Under the pieces are notes generated by a model. The model ran no database searches. It was not told where the DNA came from and was given only the letters and a program-made list of their open reading frames with translations. From IMG/VR virus record IMGVR_UViG_3300012894_000123, positions 1-44,751 of that record: a stretch of DNA of 44,751 bases. One strand, written 5' to 3'. The translations under genes and the position numbers were made by a program. The stretch is from a virus (taxonomy: Duplodnaviria > Caudoviricetes). Positions 17,812 through 26,687 of this stretch are shown piece by piece (within the stretch, counting starts at the first letter, position 1; the number at the start of each line of letters is the position of its first letter).

Positions 17812-17841
17812 GAATACCTTGGGTTTCAGGGTTAGTGAAAC

Positions 17842-17877
17842 CAAAGGTGCGGCTCGGCCCTAGGGGCTCGTAGGACG
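17842..17877 (-). promoter_or_regulatory. Late-promoter motif copy (CGTCCTA-N20-GCACCTTTG)
   Basis: TAGGACG at 17871-17877. Confidence 0.7.
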
Positions 17878-17880
17878 GTT

Positions 17881-18213
17881 TTAGAGCAGCTGGCGGAAGT
17901 GCTGCACCACCTCCAGGTGGTCGCTGGTAGCCAGCCACGTGAAGGGCTCCATCTGCTGGTTAACGCGCATCAGCTTCACGTCGCTTTTTTGCAGCCACTC
18001 ATCGAGCAGGTAGGCCACCGTGCGCACTATCGCCTCGGTGCTTCGCTCATGCTCCAGCAGCTTAGCCAAGGCCTCCAGCATTTTATCATTGCTGCGGCCG
18101 GGCAGTGATTCCTCCAATGTATCGAGCAGGCCGGCCGTGGGGTCGAGGCCCTGCACCAGAAATTCGGACAGCGGCTGAAGCGTAGAGAGCCGGAAGCGAA
18201 GGTCAGCAGCCAT
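17881..18213 (-). CDS. Hypothetical protein downstream of the structured RNA
   Basis: Start re-assigned to ATG 18213 (MAADLRF), 110 aa. Confidence 0.6.
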   Translation of the reverse strand: MAADLRFRLSTLQPLSEFLVQGLDPTAGLLDTLEESLPGRSNDKMLEALAKLLEHERSTEAIVRTVAYLLDEWLQKSDVKLMRVNQQMEPFTWLATSDHLEVVQHFRQLL

Positions 18214-18242
18214 GCAGCACCAGGGAAAGCCAGGAAGTCGCT

Positions 18243-18349
18243 GCGAACAGTACAGGCACCTAAGCGCCCCTAACGTTGCGGGACTTGCACCCGCACGCTC
18301 CCTGGCCGATTCCTCGGCCAAGGGCACTTAGTTCATCCATACTGTTCGC
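18243..18349 (-). ncRNA. Candidate structured ncRNA or leader (multibranch; GNRA and T-loop-like hairpins)
   Basis: Closing helix GCGAACAGUA/UACUGUUCGC; inner helix CUAAGUGCCC/GGGCGCUUAG; hairpins GGCCGA-GGAA-UCGGCC and GCGGG-UGCAAGU-CCCGC; TACCTTCG box just upstream. Confidence 0.6.
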
Positions 18350-18367
18350 GTGACGAAGGTAGCAACG

Positions 18368-18399
18368 AAAAAGCCCCGCCTGGTGGGGCGGGGCTTTTT
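18368..18399. terminator. Bidirectional intrinsic terminator after the capsid/tail operon
   Basis: AAAAAGCCCCGCC...GGCGGGGCTTTTT. Confidence 0.85.
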
Positions 18400-18424
18400 G
18401 CTGGTAGTTAGTAGCTAGTAGCTG

Positions 18425-18655
18425 CTAGTTCTTGCGGCGCGAGCTGGTGGCCGGAGCCTCCTCGGCCGGGGCGGCTTCGGCTACGGCAACGGCCACCGAG
18501 GCGGGGGCCACGTCGGCTACGCGCTCGAGCACGTGGGTCTTACCAATCAGCTTCTCGGCCAGGGCATCGTCGATGCGGTCGAGGGGGATGGTGTCGCCTT
18601 TGATGTGCAGCGCCTTGATTTTCTCGCAATTAACGAGCCTGAATTTGGTTAGCAT
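18425..18655 (-). CDS. Small hypothetical virion protein
   Basis: 76 aa; last gene of the capsid operon; Ala/Glu-rich tail. Confidence 0.6.
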   Translation of the reverse strand: MLTKFRLVNCEKIKALHIKGDTIPLDRIDDALAEKLIGKTHVLERVADVAPASVAVAVAEAAPAEEAPATSSRRKN

Positions 18656-18698
18656 TGTGTTGCTAGTGACAGGTGGGGAAATAACCTAGGCTGCGTGC

Positions 18699-19379
18699 CT
18701 AGGCCTTCATCGGGATAGCGGCCGTGTAGTAGAACGGCACGTGGGTAAAGCCTTCGCCCGCGAACTTGAAGTCGGTACCGTTCTTGTCGGTGCCCTTCTT
18801 GCCGCTCTTGTAGTCGTAGTCGAACTTCACACCCCGGTTCTTGTCGCCGGCTACGCGGTAGTTGCCGTTGCTGTCGCGGCCGATAACTACGAAGTCGCCG
18901 TTGATGGCTTTCTGGATAACGGCGTCGATTTCGGCCGAGCCGCGGGGCACGTAGGTATTTACCTCGTGCGTCATGCTCTGGCTGCCGGCATCACCGCCCG
19001 ACTTGTGGTTTACTTCGCCCGAGTCCTGGGCAAAACCCCACTGCACGAAGCCCGAGCCGGTTTTGGGCACGAAGGCCGTGCTGATGGTCACGCCATCGGT
19101 ATCGACCTCAGGGAAGGTCTGGATGTCGCGCCGACGGATAACAAAGAGGTCGGTGAGGCCCCCAGCGTTGGGGCACTCGTCCACCTCAATCGCTTCGATG
19201 GGCGTGATAACACAAGCCAGCGAGGCGGGGCCACCGATGCCCAGCAGCACGGTGAGCAGCTGCGGGCCGTGCTCGGGCGATACAGCGTGGGCCAGGGCAA
19301 TCGCCTGGGTGGGGCAGAGGAACGCTACAGCGGCGACGAGCAGCAGTAGCGCCCCGGCTGCACGGAATAACTTTTTCAT
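18699..19379 (-). CDS. Putative major tail tube-like protein with hydrophobic N-terminal extension
   Basis: Follows the capsid gene; CPNAGGL and DSNG...GKKGTDKNG..FKFAG motifs; beta-rich. Confidence 0.55.
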   Translation of the reverse strand: MKKLFRAAGALLLLVAAVAFLCPTQAIALAHAVSPEHGPQLLTVLLGIGGPASLACVITPIEAIEVDECPNAGGLTDLFVIRRRDIQTFPEVDTDGVTISTAFVPKTGSGFVQWGFAQDSGEVNHKSGGDAGSQSMTHEVNTYVPRGSAEIDAVIQKAINGDFVVIGRDSNGNYRVAGDKNRGVKFDYDYKSGKKGTDKNGTDFKFAGEGFTHVPFYYTAAIPMKA

Positions 19380-19483
19380 AAGTAGGAGTTGGGTGACGGT
19401 TTTAGAAGCGGGCGGTGAGAAGCGGGCCAGGTGATTCGGTAAGCCTAGGCCCCGGCAGCCAAGCGGCTACCGGGGCGGGCTAC

Positions 19484-20497
19484 TTAGTTTCCGCTGGGGG
19501 CGGGCTCAGCGGCTTCAGCGGCGATGAGGTCGCGGCCGGCCTTCAGCGCGGCGTCGTTCACCCACACGTACTCGGCAATGGCGAAATCCGGCGCGGCCTG
19601 GAAGTCAGCCATGATGTCCACGTTGCGGCGGTTCTTCTCGATGATGAACGAGTTGGGGTTGCCACCCAGCGGGCCGGTCATCCACACGATGTTGTTGCGC
19701 AGCGTGGTGATGATGCCGCCGGTGCCGGCCAGGCCCGGCTCGGGCACAATCGTAATGTTGGTGCCGTCGAGCGTGGTGTGGCTGAAGCCCTGGTAATCCT
19801 GCTTCGTGCCGTAGGTGGCGCGGTAGTCGCGGTTGTAGAACTTAGCCGCGGTGGGCTCCACCAGCATCACCAAATCTTTGTTGATGAGGTGCGAGGGCAC
19901 CAGGTCGGCAATGCCTTCGAGCTGGTCGATGGCGTTGCTCTGCGTGATGGGCTGGCCGGCGTAAATCTGGCCGGCGGCAATGACGCCCGCCTGGCTCATC
20001 AGCGGCAACAGGCCGTTAAACACGCGGTTGGCGGTTTTCTTGTCGGAGTTGTAGACGCCCTTGAATACGGCCTCCAGGTGCATCTCCTCCTTGGCTTTCT
20101 CGGCCAGCTTGTCGATGATGTACTGCTGGAACGGCACGTCGTACACGTTGCCCCGGGTGCTCTTGGCGATGCGGCCCATGTAGCTCTTCCACATGGCGTT
20201 AATCATGGTGGGCGTGAGCGTGTAGTCGATTTTGCAATCGCGCACCTGGCCAATGCGGTGCTTGAAGCCCACCGTGCCCTTCGGGTCGAAGGTATCCTTG
20301 CCGCCCGGCTGGAGCACCGACGACACGAACATCTGGGTTAGGGCCAGTTGGTCCACCACGTCGGGGTACAGCTCCATGTAAGCCAGGAAGCTCTGGTCCG
20401 TGATGAGGATGGTGGTGAGCAGGTTGCCCGCCTCGCGCAGCGTATAGCTGGCAATCTTGGGCCCGAGGCCCGAAAAGTCTACTGCTGGTGCTGCCAT
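19484..20497 (-). CDS. Major capsid protein
   Basis: 337 aa after the protease and scaffold genes; size and position fit; FNGLL motif; strong codon bias. Confidence 0.7.
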   Translation of the reverse strand: MAAPAVDFSGLGPKIASYTLREAGNLLTTILITDQSFLAYMELYPDVVDQLALTQMFVSSVLQPGGKDTFDPKGTVGFKHRIGQVRDCKIDYTLTPTMINAMWKSYMGRIAKSTRGNVYDVPFQQYIIDKLAEKAKEEMHLEAVFKGVYNSDKKTANRVFNGLLPLMSQAGVIAAGQIYAGQPITQSNAIDQLEGIADLVPSHLINKDLVMLVEPTAAKFYNRDYRATYGTKQDYQGFSHTTLDGTNITIVPEPGLAGTGGIITTLRNNIVWMTGPLGGNPNSFIIEKNRRNVDIMADFQAAPDFAIAEYVWVNDAALKAGRDLIAAEAAEPAPSGN

Positions 20498-20558
20498 GCT
20501 AGTTATGCCGGAAAGCTTTAGCTAAAGATGAATAAATGAGATACTTGCGAGGCCGGGC

Positions 20559-20942
20559 TTATTTGTCGCCTACCCGGCGCTTGGTGTTGGCGATGGCCGA
20601 GGCAGCCATTTTTTCCCAGGGCTCCTGCGCTTCAGCACCACCATCGAGCTTGTTGGAGTCATCCTCCTCGCGCTCGTCGACGGCGGCCTGGTTTTTCTTC
20701 CACTTTTCGAGAGTGGCAGTTTTTTCCTGCTCGGCCTTCAGGTCGGTGTCGGCCTTGGCCTTGGCGTCCTGAGCGGTTTTGAGGTCGGCGGCAGCCTGCT
20801 GAGCTTTGAGCTCGGCGGCGGATTTCTCCTGCTCGAGCTGGGCGATTTTATCGTCAGCGGCTTGCAGGTGGGCCTCGGTTACGGGGTCGGAGCCAGACTT
20901 CAGGCCGAGGAAGCCTAGGATGTTGGCGAACTTGTTTGCCAT
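20559..20942 (-). CDS. Putative scaffolding protein
   Basis: 127 aa coiled coil between the protease and capsid genes. Confidence 0.55.
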   Translation of the reverse strand: MANKFANILGFLGLKSGSDPVTEAHLQAADDKIAQLEQEKSAAELKAQQAAADLKTAQDAKAKADTDLKAEQEKTATLEKWKKNQAAVDEREEDDSNKLDGGAEAQEPWEKMAASAIANTKRRVGDK

Positions 20943-21949
20943 GCGGAATTAAAGTTTTGGGTAAAAAGGGAAGCAGTTGAATTGCGCCCCTGACCCGATT
21001 GGGCCAGCTGGGCGGCGTGGTTGACGGCATCTTGCAGCGAGCCGATGGCATCGACCAGGCCATGCTTAAGGGCGTCGGAGCCCTTGTAGACCTTGCCGGT
21101 AAACACGTCCTCTTTGGTCGAGAGCTTGCCGGCGCGGCCCTTCTCCACGGCCCCGATGAAGGTTTCGCCAATCTGGTCGAGGTCGGCCTGCACGGCGGCG
21201 CGCACGTCGTCGCTCAGCGGCTCCACTGGGTTCAAGCGGGCCTTGTCTTTGGCGCGGCTCGAGCGCAGAATCTCGACTTTGATGCCCTGCTTTTCCAGGA
21301 AGTCGGTCTGGTTGATGCTCATGCACAGCACCCCGAGGCTGCCAGCGTAGCCGGTCGAGGCCGAGTTGATGTAGATGGTGCTGGCCTGCGAGGCAATCCA
21401 GTAGGCGGCCGAGGCCCCTAGGCCATCGATGTACGCCACGACGGGTTTCTGGCTCAGGGCCACGGCCTGGGCAAACTCTTCGGTACCATCTACCTGCCCA
21501 CCGGGCGAGTCGATATCGAGCACGACGGCCGAGATTTCGGGGTCGCGGTTGGCGGCTTGCAGGTGGGCCACCAGGTCCTTGGTACCCAGTGAGCAGTAGC
21601 CACCGCGCTTCTGCACCGTGCCCTGCACCGGGATGATGGCCACCTTCGAGCCACCGGTGTTGCCGGTACTGGCGCCACCGCTACGGCCGGCCAGCACGCC
21701 GGCGATGCCCGTAGCCAGGTTCAGGGCGTGGCCCTCGGGCTGCACCTGGGCGCCAACCAGCTGCTCACCCGACTGGGCCACCCACATCGTGGGGTAACCG
21801 TCGGCCATGTGCGAGTACTGGCGCGGCTTGGTTTCGCTGGCATCGAGCGCCGGCAGGCCCTCAGCCAGGCGGGCCAGGATGGCTGATTTAGCGTGGTTGT
21901 AGTACTTGGCTTCTAGGGCCCAGGCCGAGCTGGTAAGTAGGTCGTACAT
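20915..21949 (-). CDS. S49 family peptidase (prohead maturation protease)
   Basis: LDIDSPGG, ASAAYWIAS, GSLGV and GLVDAIGS motifs. Confidence 0.9.
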   Translation of the reverse strand: MYDLLTSSAWALEAKYYNHAKSAILARLAEGLPALDASETKPRQYSHMADGYPTMWVAQSGEQLVGAQVQPEGHALNLATGIAGVLAGRSGGASTGNTGGSKVAIIPVQGTVQKRGGYCSLGTKDLVAHLQAANRDPEISAVVLDIDSPGGQVDGTEEFAQAVALSQKPVVAYIDGLGASAAYWIASQASTIYINSASTGYAGSLGVLCMSINQTDFLEKQGIKVEILRSSRAKDKARLNPVEPLSDDVRAAVQADLDQIGETFIGAVEKGRAGKLSTKEDVFTGKVYKGSDALKHGLVDAIGSLQDAVNHAAQLAQSGQGRNSTASLFTQNFNSAWQTSSPTS

Positions 21950-21976
21950 AAGTAAGCCACCTGGTGGGGCGGCTTA

Positions 21977-22012
21977 CAATGATTGCCTTTTACCGGAAGT
22001 AGAGATAGGACG
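21977..22012 (-). promoter_or_regulatory. Late-promoter motif copy (CGTCCTA-N20-CAATCATTG)
   Basis: TAGGACG at 22006-22012, upstream of the head operon. Confidence 0.65.
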
Positions 22013-22026
22013 GATTTGCAGGCAGC

Positions 22027-22056
22027 AAAAAGCCCCGCCGGGTGGGGCGAGGCTTT
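22027..22056 (-). terminator. Intrinsic terminator
   Basis: AAAAAGCCCCGCC..GGCGAGGCTTT hairpin. Confidence 0.75.
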
Positions 22057-22071
22057 CAGTACTGTAGGTAG

Positions 22072-22245
22072 CTACTTCAACTTCATCCAGCGTCGGGAGC
22101 GCTGGCGCCGCAGGTTCTTGCGGGCATAAATCGCGCCCCATATCCAGCCGATGATTGTAGGCTGTAGTAGCAAAAACAACACGCCCTGCCATTTGCGGCG
22201 GTTGTTGAGCAGCGAGAGACCTGGCAAGAGGGTAGCGAGTAGCAT
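22072..22245 (-). CDS. YqaE/Pmp3-like small membrane protein (not in ORF track)
   Basis: Hand translation: MLLATLLPGLSLLNNRRKWQGVLFLLLQPTIIGWIWGAIYARKNLRRQRSRRWMKLK (57 aa); LLP...IIGW..A..A pattern. Confidence 0.65.
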   Translation of the reverse strand: MLLATLLPGLSLLNNRRKWQGVLFLLLQPTIIGWIWGAIYARKNLRRQRSRRWMKLK

Positions 22246-22249
22246 GACG

Positions 22250-25200
22250 CTAACTTAGTCTGGTTAAGCTCACATACTCTACGACAGCTGTACCCGAGCC
22301 ATTCACGCTAACCGCGAAAATGGCCTCGCCGCCGGGGCTAGTAAACGTCTGTGAGTAAGTGCCTGGTGTAGCACCAGTGCTGGCATTGCCGTAAGTGGTG
22401 TTAATCTGCGCGTTGCCAGGGCCGGATACCTGCGCGTTGCCGCTACTAATGCTGTTAAGCTTCATTTCCAGCTTGTACACGGCATTGGCAATCAGCGTCA
22501 CCTTCTGCAGCAGCCAATTGCCAGCATCTACCGTGCCTACGCCATTGGCAATGCTGGCATTGCCGCCTGCCTGGTAGTAGGGCGGGCCGCCGATAGGTTG
22601 AGCTGATATCCAGCCCTGGCTGCTGTCAGTGACTACGGGGTCAGTAAACTCCGAATTTTGCAATACACTGACTGCCGGCGTAGTACCTCCACTGCTCGCA
22701 CCGGGGTTCAGCACAACGCCAGCGTTCAGGAAGGTCGCCGTACCCAGCGCGGTGCCAGTGGGCCAGTTGACATTGTCGGTGGACGGGCCGCCCCCGCCCC
22801 CGACGAGCAGGCGCACGTTGGCTAGGTTGAATGGCGCACTTGAGGTAATGCCAAAAGGATTCGTCCACGTCACGCCATCGGCTGACACCTGCACCACTAC
22901 CTTACTGCCATCGCCAAGGAAGCGAAGCCACTTGTGCGCCGTGGCATTATAGGCAATTTTGGCTATCTCTACGTAGCGAGGACCCAGGAAAACCAGGCTG
23001 CCGTTGCCAATTGCCAGCTCATAGCCGTCATAGAGGCCCTGCGTGCTACCGTCCGGGTAGAAGCCAATGTACTGGCCGGATTCGGGGCGAGTAACGAAGA
23101 GCGTGCCGATTTGGGTTTGGAACGCGTACTTAGTCAGGTCGTAGGGTAAGGCACTGGTAACGCCTGTTTGCTGGCCAGGCCCTACCTGCGCAGTAATTTT
23201 CAGCGCGTCATTTACGATAGCTACAGTTGCCCCGCTCGGGTTGCCACCTGCGATACCAGATACCCAGCGCTGGTTGAGAATGTTGCCGGGAAAGTTATCG
23301 CTGAACAGGTTCGGGTCAACGTTATTGAGACTCGCCCAGATATAGTTTTCTATGGAGGCGTGCTGCACTGTGCCTGGGTGGATGCCGGCGCCATCGTTGG
23401 GGTCTCCGGCCCTACTGGGGCCAGGGATACCAGCAAATGCGGGCGGGCCAGCAAACTGCTTGGCCCAGCTGCGTGCACTTACCACGTCTGCGATTGCCGA
23501 GCGCATTGGCGCTAGGCGGCTCTCGAAGTCGCGCGTAGTGAACGGCGTTATAATGACCTGCTTAGCCGCGGCGTTCTGCATGTGCATATCATCGAGCAGG
23601 TTCCCGTAGGCGGTACCGTAGTCAGCAGGTAACGTGTTGAGGCGTCCAGCATCATTCGCCCCGTAAATGAAGATATTGGTGACATTGGCTGCAGACGAGG
23701 CAAACTGAGCGCGGTAGCTTGCCTTGTCTGGCGCCTGTGATACTGGCGTTTGCTGGCCGTAACCAACAGCACCATACAACTCGCTCAGCGAAGCGCCCGC
23801 AATGCTGTTGACCAGCACCCGAGCAATACCCCGCAAGCGCACGCGCAGGCGCAGCGGCCAAGGGTCCACCCACATGTTAGCTGTGAGCCCCGAGGCGATG
23901 GAGTCCTCGCCGATGAAGTAGTCGGAATCGTAGGTAGGGAAGGTCGTAACAAAGGATACAGACGCATTAGCGCGGAGCTTGAGCAGCACCGTGCTGATGA
24001 TGTTTTGCGTGCCCGCCCCGTTGCGCGAAGGCGCTGGTATCATCACCCGCACGCGCTTGCTGCCACTACCCGTAATGCCGGTGAGGCCTATCCAGATAGG
24101 AGTAGGCCCAGCCGTTGAGGAGCCGCCAAACTGCGCGTTTTGACTGAAGGTGCCCGGCAGGCCGATATTATCCGGAGTCCCGACAAACACCCCGAAGCTC
24201 GCCTGGTCGGCGTAGCCAACAGCCCCCAGCTCGGTGATGCCTTGCAGGTCGAGCTGCGTGGCAAAGGTGTCGAACTCAATGTATGCAAACGTGTTGCGCA
24301 GCTTACCGCCCAAATAATCTACGTTCAGCGTATTGCATTGCCAGGCGGCCTCTGGAATATCGATGACCGTGAGGGCATTATTGACCTGCACCGTGTAGTT
24401 GACCGCAGCCGACGCGCCGCTGTCAGTGGTCACCACTAGCGGACCAGTGGTGGCGGCGCTAGGAATGACAATTACGATAAGATTGGCAGCCCAACTTCTG
24501 ACCTGCGCGATGATTCCATTTATTGTCACCGACCCGTTGCCTTGATTTGGGCCGAAGTTATTACCCGCAATGGTCACATCACTTCCAACGGCACCTCCTG
24601 AGGGGGACGCGCTGGTGATACTGGGGGTAGTCGATGCCTGCGCTGCTACAGCTACAGCATTCGAGAGCCCACTGGCGCCAACCATATCATAGACCCGGGC
24701 CGTAAAGCTGTGGGCACCGGCGGTAAGGTTGCGCTGCACGGTGTGAGGGCTGGCATTGGTTTCGGTGAACTTGACCCCGTTATCGTAGTAGTCTATCCGC
24801 TTGATGTCGCTGGCCCCGTCAGCATCCTGCGGGGCTGCGTTGAGCACGACTGGGTCACCTATATCCAGCGTTTGCCCGGCCTGGGGGCTGCTGAGCGACA
24901 CGGTGGGCGCATTGTTAGTCGGGGCAGTAGTGGCCAGCGTGAAGGCATCCGAATACACCGTATCGGATTGCAAGCGGTTAGCTGCCGCGTCCGCCACCAC
25001 GTAGGCGTAGAGGCGGCCAGCGATGTTGCCTGGCGAGCAAATAGAGTTGCTACCTAGCGCCTGCGGGCCCTGCCCTTCTACGCCCCACTGCACCTCAGTA
25101 TAGGCATAGTTCGAGCTGAGCGAAACCACGTTATTCACGTCGTCAATTGCTCCGAACCTAGGGGCCGTAGCTTTGGTGGCGGTGGAAACGGGCGTAGCTG

Positions 25201-26128
25201 AACCGGTAAAGGCTTCCCCATTGGTGAGAACCGCTCCATCCGGCCGGCTACCGCTACCGGCCACGAATACGGCCAAGTTGTTCTTGGGTACGCCAGGCCC
25301 TACCTTGATGACGATGCGGCCGGCTTGCATGTAGCTGTTGGTCGCATCCAGAAAAACCGGGCCGGTCACGCCGGGCAACCCACTGACCTTGTATTGCGCA
25401 GCAGCTGGGAATAGCGGGTTAGCCAGGAACGAGAACAGCTTAGCTACGTCATCCACCTGTCCATCAGTGGGCGCGTCTGGCGCCACAGCCTTCTGGCTGC
25501 CCAGAATGCCTTTAATTACCCAGGCCCACGCGCCATCCGGCCCGTCCTCGCTGCTGAAGGCGGGGTGCAGGCCGTATTGGTTGAGGGCAATATTGGGATT
25601 GCCGAGCAAAGCGCGCTGCTGCGCGGCGCTGGCGGCGGTGAGCAGCCGGCGACCGGCCGGGGTAGCGTCGGTAATCGAGTCAGCCGTAATAGTCACGGCC
25701 GGGCCAGTGAACGAGGCCACTTGCCGCCAATTCGCCCCGTTTACGGGGTCGGCCGCGGCCGAGAAGCTGCGCCGCGCCTCCCACAGGCCGCCCATGGTCA
25801 CGTACCAGTTGCCACCGGTAACGGCCATCGGTAGCACCAGCTCGGTAAGCCCCTTGCCGGCAATTGCCGCCGCGAGCGCGGCCTGCACGAAGCCGGTACT
25901 GGCCACCTGATTCGTGTTGGTGCCGGCCGCAGCCGTGGGCACCTCAGGGGCGCCGCTGAACTTGGGGCTGGCCAGCTGGGCATAGTTTGCCAGCTGGAGC
26001 AGGTTGACCTTGGCCTGCACCAGCTGCGTGAGCACCTCGCGCACCTCGGCCGGGGTGATATCCTCACTCGCGTTGTCTTGCAGGCGGTCACCAATGAGTT
26101 GGAGCAGCTGCGAATCGGTAAGTGCCAT
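22250..26128 (-). CDS. Multidomain tail fibre/receptor-binding protein (Ig-like, IPT/TIG, SGNH hydrolase, beta-sandwich domains)
   Basis: 1292 aa; fibre repeat SPKFSGAPEVPTAAAGTNTNQVASTGFV; Big-like NNAPTVSL...HSFTARVYD; IPT-like PSITSASP..G.DVTIAGNNFG; SGNH blocks GEDSI/GAS/GAND/DGAGIHP. Confidence 0.75.
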   Translation of the reverse strand: MALTDSQLLQLIGDRLQDNASEDITPAEVREVLTQLVQAKVNLLQLANYAQLASPKFSGAPEVPTAAAGTNTNQVASTGFVQAALAAAIAGKGLTELVLPMAVTGGNWYVTMGGLWEARRSFSAAADPVNGANWRQVASFTGPAVTITADSITDATPAGRRLLTAASAAQQRALLGNPNIALNQYGLHPAFSSEDGPDGAWAWVIKGILGSQKAVAPDAPTDGQVDDVAKLFSFLANPLFPAAAQYKVSGLPGVTGPVFLDATNSYMQAGRIVIKVGPGVPKNNLAVFVAGSGSRPDGAVLTNGEAFTGSATPVSTATKATAPRFGAIDDVNNVVSLSSNYAYTEVQWGVEGQGPQALGSNSICSPGNIAGRLYAYVVADAAANRLQSDTVYSDAFTLATTAPTNNAPTVSLSSPQAGQTLDIGDPVVLNAAPQDADGASDIKRIDYYDNGVKFTETNASPHTVQRNLTAGAHSFTARVYDMVGASGLSNAVAVAAQASTTPSITSASPSGGAVGSDVTIAGNNFGPNQGNGSVTINGIIAQVRSWAANLIVIVIPSAATTGPLVVTTDSGASAAVNYTVQVNNALTVIDIPEAAWQCNTLNVDYLGGKLRNTFAYIEFDTFATQLDLQGITELGAVGYADQASFGVFVGTPDNIGLPGTFSQNAQFGGSSTAGPTPIWIGLTGITGSGSKRVRVMIPAPSRNGAGTQNIISTVLLKLRANASVSFVTTFPTYDSDYFIGEDSIASGLTANMWVDPWPLRLRVRLRGIARVLVNSIAGASLSELYGAVGYGQQTPVSQAPDKASYRAQFASSAANVTNIFIYGANDAGRLNTLPADYGTAYGNLLDDMHMQNAAAKQVIITPFTTRDFESRLAPMRSAIADVVSARSWAKQFAGPPAFAGIPGPSRAGDPNDGAGIHPGTVQHASIENYIWASLNNVDPNLFSDNFPGNILNQRWVSGIAGGNPSGATVAIVNDALKITAQVGPGQQTGVTSALPYDLTKYAFQTQIGTLFVTRPESGQYIGFYPDGSTQGLYDGYELAIGNGSLVFLGPRYVEIAKIAYNATAHKWLRFLGDGSKVVVQVSADGVTWTNPFGITSSAPFNLANVRLLVGGGGGPSTDNVNWPTGTALGTATFLNAGVVLNPGASSGGTTPAVSVLQNSEFTDPVVTDSSQGWISAQPIGGPPYYQAGGNASIANGVGTVDAGNWLLQKVTLIANAVYKLEMKLNSISSGNAQVSGPGNAQINTTYGNASTGATPGTYSQTFTSPGGEAIFAVSVNGSGTAVVEYVSLTRLS

Positions 26129-26686
26129 TTAATGAAAGCCGAAGCTGAAGCCGGCCGAGAAGGCGCGGCGGGTGGGGGCCGGACCCTGCACCAGGCCCAT
26201 CAGGTAGAAGGGGGCGCGCGCGGGCGTGAGGCCGGAAAAGGAAAGGGGGTAGCCGTTGCGGTCGCCGGGCCGCTTGCCGGTATCGAGGTCAGCGGCGAAG
26301 CGCAGTGGGTAGTCGGGCGTGCCCACGAGCTTGACCTGGCCGTTGTTATCAGCGTAGGCGGCCACGACGTAGCGCACCTGCTGAAGCCGGGCGATGCCCT
26401 CGGCCAGGTCGGGCGCGTCGCGCAGTACCTGCAGCTCCAGCAGCGGCTTGTAGAAGTCGCCCTGGGCGTCGTCGGCCTCGGGCTCGCGGAAGCCGGCCGA
26501 GTCGGGCTGAAACCAGATGTCGGCGTAGTTCTGCGGGTCGCGCAGGGTGATGGCCTCGGTGAGCTGCACCTGACCGGGCTGGTAGCTGGCCGGCAGCACC
26601 ACGTTCGAGGCCGGCCACACGCGCAGGGCGCGCAGCCCGCCCACGTTGGGGCAATCGTTGGGCGGTAAGGGCAGCAGCGGCAGCAT
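26129..26686 (-). CDS. Tail tube-like paralog of 18699-19379
   Basis: Shares CPNxGGL and DxNG..G....F....GK...D.NG..F.G...PFY. Confidence 0.6.
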   Translation of the reverse strand: MLPLLPLPPNDCPNVGGLRALRVWPASNVVLPASYQPGQVQLTEAITLRDPQNYADIWFQPDSAGFREPEADDAQGDFYKPLLELQVLRDAPDLAEGIARLQQVRYVVAAYADNNGQVKLVGTPDYPLRFAADLDTGKRPGDRNGYPLSFSGLTPARAPFYLMGLVQGPAPTRRAFSAGFSFGFH

Positions 26687-26687
26687 C

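Noticed and set aside
18243-18349. tRNA gene, twister ribozyme or cobalamin riboswitch
   Set aside because: Only the GGUGCAAGUCC hairpin resembles them; no anticodon arm or CCA, no twister core, no B12 box seen
22250-26128. Diversity-generating retroelement or invertible tail-fibre shufflon
   Set aside because: No reverse transcriptase, no TR/VR pair and no inverted alternative fibre ends seen
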